Assembly (NCBI GenBank): GCA_002633005.1
Contig: NMRA01000012.1
Coordinates: 1,072,564 to 1,136,563, forward strand
From: Phoronis australis
Taxonomy: Eukaryota; Animalia; Phoronida
DNA length: 64,000 bases
Direction of reading: 5' to 3'
The notes below the pieces were generated by a model. That model ran no database searches. It saw nothing but the letters and a program-made list of their open reading frames with translations, and was not told the origin of the DNA. Positions 11,741 to 25,452 of this stretch are shown one piece after another. The position numbers and the translations under genes are program-made. How positions within the stretch are numbered: position 1 is the first letter of the stretch; each line of letters starts with the position of its first letter.

Positions 11741-14700
11741 TTGCCCATTACAGCCGTTTATGTGAAAAACAATCATGTTCTCGCATAATTCTCCGCCTTT
11801 TGTAACAAAAAAGAAAAATCTGTCGTTTGAACGCAGTACAGTCATAGATGTCTATTAAGTATTAAGATGTCTATGATTACAGTAGTCAGTACGCTCGTGA
11901 GACGTGTACGCGCCATTTCCTAAATTCTTTGCGAGATCTCTCGGAAGACGATGGCAGCTTCGCAGCAGCAGAGTTTATTCTGAAGTTCGGTTTGCTGGCA
12001 TTAAAATACTAGAAACTTTTAACGAAATAAAACCACTCCCTTTAATTTGTTGTGACACCCACACAACCTCGTGGAAGAGAACAACAGTTGATTGAAGAAT
12101 CGGAGAAAAAGAAACTGCCCAATGGGTCACGCTTCATTTTATGGTTCCGAAAGTTGACGCATGATAAGATCGTTCTAACTTTTGCAGTAGAATAAAGGTA
12201 GAACGCCTATTTTCCAACACCAGAAAATAATTTAGTTTACTCAAGAAAGAGTGTAGGTTTTAATGAAACTAATTTTGTATCAGATTTTATTTGGTCAAAT
12301 TTTTTTTACCCACATCGGCACAAAGCTGTATATTAAGTATACAGCTTTTCACCAAGGCTATGGGCAAAGTCTGTTTGATTTTGAGAAATTATAGTTGACG
12401 TATTGTTCTCGAGAAAAAGTGTTACGAGTTCCAATACAATTTAAAGAAATTGTAAGATCCGACATTTAAGAGGTATATAGAGTTGTCGTTTATTCATTAT
12501 ATACCTCCTTTTTCTGCAACTCTGAGTCTCATATTGTACCAATTACAATTAACGATTCATATGACTATCAGACTGCCTCTCTCTTAGCACGCAGCAAACG
12601 CGTCAGAGTGGTTGCTAGTCCACCAGCAATAGTTTCCTGCAAGCCAGACTCATAGTCAGCCATGAGTGAAACGGAGTAAGAGAGTACGCCGTTTAGGTCC
12701 GCAATACTGAAGTGCCAAAAAGGAAAAAAAAAATGCCTAAGGTTCGGTCGTGCAAGAAAAAAATCTCAGTTTCCCAAATTCTGAAGCAAGTTGTATTTTG
12801 TTTCTATTGGGTGCTAATTAACTTGACGGACTAGTACCATGGCTGGGACTAAACAACTCCAGTATGGCTCATGTATGGTCACAGAAATGATGTAGAGTAA
12901 CTCAGCAACGAAGGCCGCTCCTAACAAGGGCACAGGTTGGTCTTCTCATCACAATAATTCGTTTTTACTTTTAATTCGGCGTTGATGACCTCTGGGTAAC
13001 GGTAACACGTTTATAATATCGCTGTCCACATATGTATACCATTGATTAAATGCTACATATATGCATCTCGCTGGAAGTAAATGCGCAACAGCGAAGCGAC
13101 ACCTAGCAGGATAGTTAACTCATGTGCCATCCCAAATAAGGAAGTCACTACAGTCACGAACTCGACTGTATTTCCGGCTTGCACGGAAACTGTAGAACTC
13201 TAGACAAGAAACCGCGTGCTGGCCGGAGGCTGGAGCGGGGCTAGGTGCTAACCTGACAACAGGCCGGAATTTATCAGAGCTTTGTACGAGTTCGTGGTTG
13301 GATTTCCTCGTTGCAGAGTCCATTTCATGAAAGTGACGTAAAACTTCAGGAAGACAAAAATTTGTTCTTACGCTCCCACTTTACAATTTCTGAGTAAAGA
13401 TTTAGTAAAGTAATTTTGAGCGCGTCACTGTATAGAAATTATTTATAGACATTATTTCAGTAACTAGCTGTTATGTGGATATTCTCAGAAACTGCGCATT
13501 TGCTCAAGTGAGACTCCTGGTCCCCTCGGTAGACCTTATGTGAGATTATGTAAGAAGATGGAGATTTTGTCCCACTTTTCACTTAAGTTTGGAAACCTGC
13601 AAGTGGTCTATATTGAAAACGTGGATTTAATTTCCTCCATTGACTTCTCGAATGATAACTGTTATCATTTAAAACGACTAGCTCATCCCGCGGACAAATT
13701 GTTTGCTGATCTGAGTAGTGTACGTCAGATTCGTTTTTGGTTTCCTCGTTGCCTTGAGAGTGTTTTAAAAACTTGTTCACTTTCGTATAAAGTTTCAGAT
13801 AACACCGAGATCAATTATGCAGAATAATATCGTAAACAAGTTGCCGATCGTGACACCACCTGTTATTCGCAGCTACCCGCGGTAGATGTAAATGTTGCTT
13901 ATATGTCTACTGCTAGTGCATCTATTGTCTTCAAACATTTCGTATTCAAAGACATGCGCTGGTAAACGTGAAAGCCTCAAATGAAGTCCAATAACGTTGG
14001 AACTGTCGTATCTAGTTGGTGGAAAATCGCTAAGGAATAAAACCACGTATAACGATTGATTTCTGGAGAGAAAAGTTGACAAAAATGGAAAGGAAATTAC
14101 TTTTTAATTGATACATTGTGACAGCTGTGGCGAGTGTTGGGTACTTTTGTACTTTAAGGTCCTGAGGTATTGTTGGGTATGGGAGCCAGTCATTACGAAC
14201 AAGTGGAAAGCCCATCAGTGCGTCCAATTTACTTATTTGCTGCCTATTACGTTTTCTACGTCATTTCGCTTGTTCATACGTGAGAAATATCAAAACCTAA
14301 AAATCCGGGTTATTTGTGAACTTGCAAAACGTAAACAATAGCTGTTTTGTTTATGTTTACGAAAACATCTCTCCACTTGAGCACGAGCAGAATCTTGTGA
14401 TCAAGTGACACTCGGGGTCAGAAGGTCACCACGAAATGTTTACGCTTGTAGTCAAAAACAAACCTCAAAACCAATAGTTGTTCGTGCAACATTTTGTGAC
14501 GGATTTGTAGAACTTGTTCAGGAATCACACAACGACAACGTAATAGTGGTTTTGGGAATAAATGGAGCGGTATATGCAACTGTTGCAGAAAATATTCATT
14601 ACAAGAAATGAGGCGCATCAATAGCCCTTTATATGTAATAATCTAATTGTAAGGAAATATGCGTTTTAGGAATAAAAATTACCTATTTTACCCGTTTGCC

Positions 14701-16207
14701 AGAAAATTTAAGTCCTCCAGACCACTTCACTTTTTTGACAAAAATACATTTTAAATTGGAAAAACGTTTTGATGAGGTTTTACACTGATAAATGTCTTCC
14801 GAAAAATGTTGATGTAAAAAAACTGAGGCACGCAAAAACGTAAAAAATATTGTTTTTAAATTTATTTTATTCGTAATATTTTATTAATGTTATCTGCTTT
14901 TTATGACCAATTTTCTTAATTGGTAGGATTTTTTTCTTTTTTTTCGGTTGCATAAAAAATACTGAAGGAAAATTGGAAATTTTACATAACCTGTCCTAGT
15001 GGTCACTTAATATTCGTTCTAAAAGAAAATCCTTTTAAACGATTTGTACTTTTGAAGGAATTATTCGTCTGTGAAAAGCGTCAATTTCAAATCGATACAT
15101 ACTTTACCACGGCCTTATCAATTTGAGACATAGGATTGTCAGCCAATCGTGGAACTTGCGAGAGAAGGTCGTATTTCCATATGGATTCATTATTACTGTA
15201 TTAAATACTATTGCTTTACGGCCAGCGTTTGTGTGTGCTTTAATTAAGGACGTGGTCGTTGATTTACATAGGACAATTATTTATTTTCGCAGAGTCCGAA
15301 ATTTTGGAAGTTTTATTCCACAGCAAATACGTTTTTTGCATGGACACCTTTAGCTGTAGTAGAGTTCGTTCGCAGTGGTTGAATATTTTATGGAAAGCAA
15401 ACGTAAAAATTATACGAAACCCTGACTTTGATCTATCAATTGAACTGCGGCTAGAATACGTGACGTCGAAAACGCAGACTTCAAACTGGTTTAAATCCTA
15501 ACAGCGACGGTGAATCTTTGTGTTGAGGCAACCATGGAACTTGATTCGGTCAGTGGTTTTCTCACCTGGAATTATGAACGCTAATTCCTCGTATCAAAAC
15601 GCGAAAAATGAAGTGTTCTGCGTAAACCACAAACCAAGACCATAGTTTTCAAGATATGGCGCAGCATGACGTTTTCAAATTTTAGAATCACAATTCTATA
15701 CACCATGCTTACTCACTAAAGGTTGTAGTAAGTTTTACCCTAAGAGTGACGATTTTTCACAAAGTTTGCTATGAGCGTTTTCAAAGTCAATGAACATTTT
15801 GAGGAAAGACGGGTCCCCTCCAACCACATACCGACACGTAATCCACATCTGTAACACAGTGAGGACCTGAATGGTCTTACCTCTCGGGTATAACTGCGCA
15901 ATTTCACGTGATAAAAATCAGTTTGGGGCGAAATTAAACAGAGTTCTGGATTGTTTTGAAATAAATTGCCGTTTTTCAAGAAGTCAAGTGTTGATGTGCA
16001 ATGCGAGACAGTATTTCGAGTAATACTACTCAGTTAAAAACATTCTACATTATTTCTGTCGCGAATTATGTGCCTTAAACCAAATTTTATAGTGACTCGA
16101 TTTCACTTAGAGATGACCTACAGCAAGTTCGGTCAAAATTTGGAAGGGCCTGGCCTACCCCTTGGTTTCTGAAGCACTATTTGACTTGTAAATGCTTTAA
16201 AGAGGTT

Positions 16208-16377
16208 ATTATTTAGAGTGACTTATTCTTATTAAAATGGCATCCATATTAATATAAGTGGTCCCGCTCATCGGCCGTCTTCCGACGGAGCTCTCTATAG
16301 GAAGCCTCACTTTTGAGGCCCGAAATTCGATTTTTTTGCCTATTTCATTTTAATAAGAATAACTTATTTTAAATAAT
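16208..16377. mobile_element. Small MITE-like inverted repeat downstream of Lhx1/5
   Basis: Perfect 17-bp inverted pair ttattcttattaaaatg (16223-16239) / cattttaataagaataa (16346-16362), extendable outward. Confidence 0.55.
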
Positions 16378-17889
16378 TAGCTGTGTTTAGTCCAACTATC
16401 ATAGCAAAAAAAAATTTTTTGACAAGAGTTTGATAATTTGGCGAAGGTTAATTATTAGACAAGAGAATGGGAACATAAAGGTTTCTATTTTCCATACAAT
16501 AATAATGTACATGTCAAGGAAATCAAGTGGAAAAGATCTAAAACATAAATTACTGTACAACGAAGTGACCCATAAATATCTTTTCGTCATAATCATAAAT
16601 CGTACACTACCAGTGCGCCGACCTCACTAACTTAAACAGGTCGCAATACAGTTAGTAACAAATAAATAACAACTAATAATAATAGTAATACATCACTTGG
16701 TTGATTGCCACGAGTCAAATACATGCAATACGCCTCACAGTTAAAACAAGCAATGTGAAGACAAAGGTCATTCGTTACAACATTCGTCAAAAATTGACGA
16801 ACATAATAGCGAACGGACGTGACGAAGATCGTCTGTATAAAAAGTGTCAGACGGCGTAAGAAACTCGATTCCTTAGAGACTACGGTCACAATGTAACCTT
16901 GTAACACTATACAATGGAGTAAAAATTACAAACAAAAATGACGTTTGAGATTGTCACCAATAAATAACTATAATACATGAGAGCTTGAACATGGATGTTT
17001 GATGTAACACGTCCACTAATGCTCCAGCCAGTTTGTAATGAAAATGACACGTCCCCGTCAACAACAAAAATATTCGCCGTCAAATAAGAGAACGAAATAA
17101 CAATTTATGAACTTTGAACAAAACCTTCTCACTAACAATGGCACAACTGATCAAGTTATCGTGAGTAGCCAAACGTTTTTAACCGTTTCAGACACGGGCC
17201 ACTTATACCTAAATGACAAATAACATCGCTTCCGCAAGAACGTGCAACCAATGCAGCACCAAAGCACACCTAAGCTATTGCTCAGCAGGACATAAATTTC
17301 TCATACATCTTGTCTTTGTGCATGGGATATGTATGTGCGACTGTCGGGATAGTCACACGCTTGTTTGACCATCTTAACCAACTGAACGATACCCAAAGTG
17401 ACAAGGCTTTTAGGTCCCTGTATCTAATTATCTTACAAAAACACACGTCGTCTTAGTGAATATAATAACACGACATGTGAAGGCTAAATTCACAAAGCTA
17501 CGTTTTTCCAACATTATGACATTTTCGAGGTCACATGTTGAATATCAAGAATCAAACTGCGTTATGCACTGAGAACAACGTTATTTTCTGGGGAGTCGAT
17601 GTTAATCTTACAAGTCCTAGAGATGATTTACATAAATTAGCTACATGGGAATATGTCATTGTCGTTTTATTCTGGTAAAGCAAATGGTGTTGATGAACTC
17701 ATCAAATGGAAAACCTTCGTCAATTCGACTAGATTAGCTTTGCATTATCAGAGAAGACAGTGATATGAACCGCGTAAACGTTATCACGCGAGGATACACA
17801 GATGACATCAATCTATGGAAGATAGTCAAGCGTAGCTCGGTACTTTGATGACTAGAATCGTTGTTTGAAGACTGTCGACCACTTATTAT

Positions 17890-17945
17890 TGCGTCTTTTA
17901 AACACAATGTTGATATCTGCGTCTTTTAAACACAATGTTGATATC
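17890..17945. repeat. 28-bp tandem duplication in the Lhx1/5 3' UTR
   Basis: tgcgtcttttaaacacaatgttgatatc occurs twice exactly. Confidence 0.9.
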
Positions 17946-18050
17946 GCACAGTCATCTATAAACATAAATCTGTGAAAATCTTTTGTAAATCGAGCACATC
18001 CCGATCTGGCAAGGTTTCTTGGCTTCCACATCATCACCGTTGGCGGATGA

Positions 18051-18250
18051 TCACCACGACTCCACCATTTCGTGAGGAGGCGGATGTGATAATGTCTGAT
18101 TGAAACCGGAACTCAGGACTGTTCTCGTCTGACTAGGCGTCACATTAAAATGCGAATCGGAATGTGGCAGAGATCCTGGCAAGGACTCGGGGCTGGAAGC
18201 GGGCATCACATCAGCCGGGCCGCCAATGTAACCATCAGACAGCACGCCAC
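18051..18250 (-). CDS. Lhx1/5: Lhx1/5 exon 6, C-terminal (...SSPESLPGSLPH...LSHPPPHEMVESW*)
   Basis: 200 nt, phase 1, caatag acceptor, TGA at 18051-18053; the ending resembles vertebrate LHX1 SPEPSLPG...LSHPPEMNEAAVW. Confidence 0.88.
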
Positions 18251-20233
18251 CTATTGCGATAAAAAGCAACAACATGTCAGGCTAATTTCCAATATGAAAA
18301 TGTTCTCGAGTAACAGGCTTTACTGGGTGAGCTGTAGCCATTAATTCGAGAACTAGATTTCCTGAACAGTCACTGGTACAATATTAAATTTTAACCAATA
18401 GACACTGACGTAAAATTCTTAAATCGTTCTATAGTCCAAACATCCAGTATACCCTTCGGACTGTAGACTCAGTTTACAAGGTAGTGCCATTAGCCTCCAA
18501 TTAAAAAGTCGACATACATCTAGGTGGACTTTTTCGTCCAATCTTATCAACAAATGTAATTTCCGGTGGGAGAAATGTATACTCATAGATAAGCGATTTT
18601 GTGAACAAGTCGGGCGGATGTGAAAGCCTTCGACAAATTGATGCAGAGCATAGTGATATTAACTGCACATCATTCACTGGTGGCGCATTGTTGTTTTTGT
18701 ACAGCTTTGATAAACGTGCAAATTTTAACAGTTTCCTTCATATGTTGTTTTAAATTCCGTTTCATTCCACCTATAGATCTGTCAACATTTAAAACGCGTG
18801 TCTTAGACGTTATCAACGAAAATGGTCTCTGAGTTACTTGGAAAGTCAATGAAATGGGACAGTGAGGACGTGCCGCTGAGTGGCGTACATTTTCAATAAG
18901 TGGGTAGAAACATGGGAAGGGAAATCCGACATTTTTGCTTGATAATACAGTAAACGGGGCGCATTTCTTGAAGACCCAGTGAGCTAGACAGGATGATAGG
19001 GATAGGGTTCGACTTTTCCAGTTGAGGTACAAATATGGGTCAGGTTTAAGCCCTGTTTCAATATAGGCTCAGATTTGGAACTCCGTTACACCCTACCCTA
19101 AAAATACGACTTCCCTCCCCGTGATTCTGAAAGTAATTTCACGAATTAATTGCATGGTTCCAGGAACATTAAACTTGACTAAAAGCTAACATTTCTACAC
19201 TCCTTATTCGAAACACCCAAAATCTGCATGCGCGCACCCAGCCTTTAATATGGGGGGCTCGAATTTCCGTCCGTGGATGTGGACTAAAAAAAACGGGGTA
19301 CCACACGTCTAGAGCTGTGAATTGTGCGTTTGCGCCTTTTTAGTGGACTTTTGGTCTCATTTTCTCGGACTTTTTGTTTCTCTTCGGCGGACCTTTTTGT
19401 CCACTTCGCCAAATGGGGGGGGNTACAATTTTGGTTTCAGGAAATAGCACCCCCTAGCTTTGTGACTTCACCGACGTGAGATCAACCCGCAAAGAAAAAA
19501 AGGTGTAGAAAGTACACAAGGGGTTCTGTTTTTAGAGTCATCGACAAATATAGCGTCTCCCATAATAGAAAATCTGTATGTAAATATGTTTGTAAATTGC
19601 TCACAAATGTATAACTGTGTGTTCCTGTGACAACATCAAGAAAAGCAAACAAATCTTACTCTGTATACTAAAGGCTTTTAAATTAATGGTACTGTATCGA
19701 ATTTGAGTAAAAAACAGGAGCACGTAGGTACTAGTGTGCAACTTATATTAGGAACAGACTACTGACTAAACAGAGAAGGTGTTGAAAGTAACGTGAACGT
19801 AATTTGTTGAAATAATACATCAAATGAAATGTTATTGAGGGACGAGCAAAATAGTGAAATGAACAGTTGACATTTATCCAAGGATTAACCTTTCCACTGA
19901 TTTATTAGGTCCTTACGTAGCTCATCAGCAAATATGCAAACTGTAGCATGAATGAATGTTAGAACACATCTCCATCGATTTACTTCTCAGGTTATGTAGA
20001 GCATTCCGAAAAGATGGCGTATTCGGTTCAGTAAATAACCAAGCTAGTTCACCAGGTTTAGTCACCCGATCTAACGAGCCGTTGTATTTAGGAAGTAACT
20101 AAAACGGCATCAATGCCTCGAGTTACGCGAGACAAAAACGAAAACATATCCGCTGGACAAATGATTTGCCACTTAGTTACTCATATTGCTTGCGAAAATT
20201 TACGCGCTTTTAACGAATCCTTTGAGAACATTA

Positions 20234-20524
20234 GGGATTGTTCACAATTATCGCCATTTCCACGAGTGTACAAAACCACTCTTTAAGGAGGGAGGGGGTC
20301 GAGGCTTCGCTGCTGGCGTGCGCTTTTGACGTCATAAAATGACGATGCAAAAGACAGAAAATCTACATTGTTTTATATATAGCTTTTCACAGTCAGATAT
20401 GAGCACTGAAGTCTAAAGCACGCATACAATTTGTGTAATAAATTCTCATCGTGGATGAAGGGGGGATAGGAAAAAGTGTATGTTTCGTACACTCGTGAAA
20501 ATTGCAATAATTGTGAACGATCCC
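20234..20524. mobile_element. PIF/Harbinger-type MITE in Lhx1/5 intron 5
   Basis: ~40-bp TIRs GGGATTGTTCACAATTAT...CACGAGTGTAC / GTACACTCGTG...ATAATTGTGAACGATCCC; flanks TTA and TCA resemble a 3-bp TSD. Confidence 0.75.
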
Positions 20525-21749
20525 TCATACAATGACAAAAACAAGGCAACATAGGAGTAATTTCATTAAACTCCCACTGACCTCTGAGGGCGTTTGAACC
20601 TCGGAGTTACCCTGCGGCTTACTCTAGCATAGCGCTTTTAAGACTTTCATCCCTTTCAAAGGTGCGCCTAAGGGTTCTTGTTAAAACTTACAGTAGAAAC
20701 AATGGGCGAGACAGGACTGTCTTAATCAACTATCTTGAGAGGAAACTATGCGCTTTTGATAGTATGGCACGACAGTCATGATCGCACTGACAGATAATCC
20801 CTCGACAATAAAAAGCGTGTGTTTAAGAAAACATACACACGAAAGTATCTCAACTTAATTAAGTGTGTAAGTTTTGTAGATACAAGTCCGTTGAGAGAAC
20901 GCGGAACCCGCAGGGAATATCACCATTGTTTGTCCGTTGTTATAAAGAACCGCTTTAATGCACCGGGTTTTAAGCGAAACTAAATTTCCTCAGCTGATAG
21001 CCTCGGCTCATTATGTTTTATGTCGTTGCTATTGGGAATACGTTTCTACATCCATATTACTGACATACGGTTATTTATTCACACAATAAGTAGTTGCATT
21101 TTCGAAGGGTCAAATGAACGAGAACGAAATTTTCACCCGTATTTAAAAACGTCTGTAAGAATAAATCAAAGTATTTCTGGAATATACGTTTGGAAATTTG
21201 CTTACTCACTGACATGACGATCTGTTAATTTGTTAACAAAAACAAAAAACATAACAACTGCACTTTAAATAAAAACAAAGTGCCGTTCCTCATACATAAT
21301 GTTACCAACTTCTTGGAATATCAAAATGGAAATGTCATAACTATCCTTATCTTCTTACGATTTTCATATCTTAGTATAGCTTATCACTACACATTCTAAG
21401 AAATGGCAAACCGGGAATGCTGGCACCAACGTGGGCTGCGTCCAAACACTTGCCATGCTCTTGCGGTGAAAAATCTTTGCTTATGGAACGGAAAGAATGA
21501 ACTCGTCTCATAATTCATGAAATCTATACTATAATTTAACATTCTAACCTCAACGAGCAATCACTTCAGTTGGCCGCCATTTTGCCACGTTACGCAAAGA
21601 CAAGGCGTTTTTCATCATGTCGCCGAAATATCGCATAACAAAATAGACCACTCATATTGAAAGGGTATTTTCACACACAAGCCAATGCCCTGTGTTAAGG
21701 GTGTGCGTAACATCTCAAAACTGCCCTAGCGTTAGCCGGAAACACTAAC

Positions 21750-21875
21750 CTGGCGCGTGCAATGGATCCTGGTGCACTGACGGTGACGACATGAAATTCA
21801 TCGAGCTCGGGTCACTTTGGCCGGGAAAGAAGTCATTATAACCCGTGTAACCCGGGTAATATTCAGCACCATTGT
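21750..21875 (-). CDS. Lhx1/5: Lhx1/5 exon 5, Tyr-rich region ((D)NGAEYYPGYTGYNDFFPGQSDPSSMNFMSSPSVHQDPLHAP)
   Basis: 126 nt, phase 1-1, ttgtag acceptor and GTTAGT donor; matches vertebrate DYQSEYY...YDFFP. Confidence 0.88.
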
Positions 21876-24800
21876 CTACAAAAGAACAAAGAAAACATGA
21901 TATCAACAGACACTCGTCACAGATTGTCTCCCTCCGCCTCGGGATGCACGCATGTAACTTTAGAAGATCATTATTTTGATTAAAGATGATCCCCGCCGCA
22001 TTTTGTTTACAACACATCCGAAATGATCACGTAATTACAATTCACAAAATTTTGTTTCACAAGTTCACAGTTCATGTTCAGATTCAACACTTCGCGCTAT
22101 GACATTGAGAACGATGTCAAGGTCACTTAATTCGCCTCGGTAAAAAGTGCGAAGAAAGTGTAACGCTTCCTTCTTGAGAGCTCGTCCTAACAACATTTTC
22201 CTAGTAATGTGAACTTCCTTCTTGAACTATACCAATACAGCCTCATCATTCCGTAACGTATGGACGGTAAGGTGCGGAAGTGGACAACAAACAGATTACG
22301 TAATATCAGGAGACTACCAAATAGACCTAATCGCCATATCCTTATCAATGAAAATGTATTCCTTTGGAGTGATGGGAAAACCGAACATTTGAGATTAAAT
22401 ATTCGTGCGAAGCTAAGCAACAAACGTGCAACTGAAATTAGCAGGTCTATAAAACAGGCTTTGTAATGAACAACGACAAAGAAGATGAAAAATTTCCATG
22501 TATATAACGTGTCGTCCTAAAAATAAATAGGCTTATGTATTGCAAGACACGTTTTTCACATGAATAAAGTCAAGATAATAAACAAAAAGATACGAAAATG
22601 AGGAAACTGAAAATAAATAACAGGAAATCGAAACCAAAAAAGAGGAAATCCACTTAAAAGTGAAAAATTACGAGTCCTGATAAAAGAACCGTTCCTTCGA
22701 TGATTTCAAAACATCTACTGTTTCTTGTATTCAGCGAGATATTTCATAACCATTACTGACTACCCCCTGGCCGCAAAATTTGTAAACCACGAACGGTGAA
22801 TAGCAGTGCAAACTGCTTTTACGACCTCGACTATTAAAACCAGCAAAAAACACGCATCATATCTTTGGACGATTAACAATTGATACACGATGAATAAATT
22901 ATGAATACTTCTTTTAACAACTTCTCTGGAGTCAGACTTAGAGTCATGCGATGGTTCATTTCGTTAGACGCAAGAATTCCGCGAAAGAAGCTCATCAATG
23001 CGAATACGTGCGTCGCTTGTAATACATGGCGATATCTCGCAGTCTTGAGTTTTCGTGAGGTTCTCACGTAGAAACGCAGGCCTGTCCCCCGTTAAGTAAC
23101 GCTAGGGCCTCGCTAAAAGGCAAGACTTCACGAGATTACGTGAGATATTGCCGTGTATTTTTAATGAGAACACGTGACTGTCTAGATTTTTGCTATGTCC
23201 TAGCATTACTGAACGCACGCCAGGTTTGATACTAGAACCTCCACGCACATTTTTCATAACTAGCAATTTCGGACAGTGCCAAAGACGATCCATCTAATCT
23301 GTTTACGAGTGACACGGGGGCTATTCATCCCATTATGTATTAAGTAGTCTAAATCTCCTAAGTTGGCATATCAGTGTCAAAACGCGAACAGTAAATTTTG
23401 GAAGGCAAACCTATTTATACCTTGGAAAGAAACCGAATGGGCGATAGGAAATGCCCTCATTCACAGCTGGACTTCGACGGCAATTGGAAAAATGTAAATT
23501 TAACGTTAGCCTCTTTATTGCAACCAAATGGGCAGATCACATGGGAAAAAAGTCCCGTGTAACGGCAGATCACATGGACAAAAAGTCCAGCGTAAATACG
23601 CAGACCTTGGTAAAGCTTCGTTATTATCATGATAACTATTATTATTTTGTTATTACACATGTGAGGCATCGTTTCCAAATCTTACAGGCCTCTTTGCGCC
23701 AATCCTGGTCGTATCTTTTTCCATCGTTTCGGTCGGACAATTCTGCGACCATGATGAAGTCAACAAGATGTGACGAAAGTTGGAGGAAATTGAATAACAA
23801 TCACAAGTTAATCAAACCATCTCCAAACGAATTCACGAAATGATATGCGTAAAAGTCTAAACATTATGTAATAAACATGAAATCATTGCTTCACCTAATA
23901 CTGAAGGACTGCCATCACCTACGAAGATGATCCCCAGCAAATAGATAATTTCGCTTGAACACCTTCTTAACCAAGTCTGTAGAAACCACTCAGGAAAACG
24001 TACGGTTTGCGGAGATGCGTTAATGGAGTAAGTATATTTACTCAAAATGTTAACCCCCAGTAGTCGTTTAAAGATAACACTGCTAATTTTGAACGCACTG
24101 TTAGACTTGATGAACTGGTGTTAATGCGGTGCCACATTGGGCGAAACTAACAATAAACTTCACATTTACCGCGAAATTGGAGAAAAATAATAAGAATGAT
24201 GTCGTCTGATGTTCGTCGTTGAAACGATTGAACGTGTGCAGTGTTGAGAATTGTTGATCAATAAATGCCACAAGACGGAATGAAACTAAGATCACATACA
24301 GCTGTACACTGGGACAATGATAGAAGAAACTGGAGCCAAGTAAACTACCAATGCATCAAATTCATTGAAAAGTGTTTTTATAGATTTTACGTTCGACCAG
24401 TTGTGGACTGATATTATGTGATGATTCGACAAAATAACAATAATAAACAAAATCAGTTTAAGTTATAATTAAACCATTAACCAAAATTATTTAAATTATT
24501 TTGTAACTAGAACTCGGCCTTCCGTCGGTTAGAGGCCGTCGATCTGCAAGGCTGAATTTCCGTTAAAATATTGTGTAGTTTCAGTCTAAAAACAGGTTGC
24601 TGCGGTACTAAACTAAAAGACTACAAATGAGTAAAACAAAGAAAAAATGTAACCACAATAAATATGATTCTGATTCAGTCGGTATACATGATGGAAAGAT
24701 GCCGTACGATGTTGAAATGACGAGAATTTGTTAAGACGGAAGTGACAATCTGCTGTTGCAGATGACAACGTTCAATAAGTTACCCTGGGATCTCTGGTTT

Positions 24801-25413
24801 TGTACACACTACAAAACGTTTGAAAATCCTATGTTTGATTTCTAAGGTGATAAACACAACTAAATATAAATACTTTCAGTAAGACATGACGGAACATGAC
24901 ATTGGTACCATTGGATTGGTTTACTGGTGCAAGGCAACCCTAAAACGCTGGCATTAATCACGCACGTGCGCACCACCATGACAACAAGAGAAATGACATG
25001 AGTAATTCAGAGAAATCACTGCCACGTGCCGAACTCAAGGAAATCATTTGAAAACCAATTTGAACGATGGGCGATAATAATGATTAAACTCGTGGATAAT
25101 TGGCAAATTATGCATAATAAAACGAAAAATTAACTTGTCGGTAATGCAGTTATACAGGGGTCAACGTTTAATATCTCGCTATTAAAGCGACTCGTTATGG
25201 CGATTGTTGAAATGTGTCTCAACAATAAAATGATCAATTTAATTACTATTTCATTGCACGTTAAAATCTCACAAATTTCTGAGGAAATTTAAAGACTTGA
25301 CTATTTTACTTTAACGGATTCTAACTTTCTAGTGAATTCCCCAGAATATTTCAAAATTTTTGTACCACGACATTAATGGTTCAAATCTATGTGGTAAAGT
25401 ATTAATTTGGTGC

Positions 25414-25448
<35 letters not shown>

Positions 25449-25452
25449 TAAT
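25414..25452. repeat. (AAT)n microsatellite
   Basis: Read directly. Confidence 0.95.

Larger units (their letters stand above)
10368..12360. mobile_element. Degenerate ~2 kb element bounded by ~200-bp inverted repeats
   Basis: 10368-10572 (also 8439-8643) is a diverged reverse complement of 12163-12360. Confidence 0.55.

Noticed and set aside
19778-19792. GGTGTTGAAAG as the partner end of the piggyBac-like terminus at 6595
   Set aside because: Lacks the terminal GGGTTAA and subterminal repeats, and would enclose genic exons; likely a chance match
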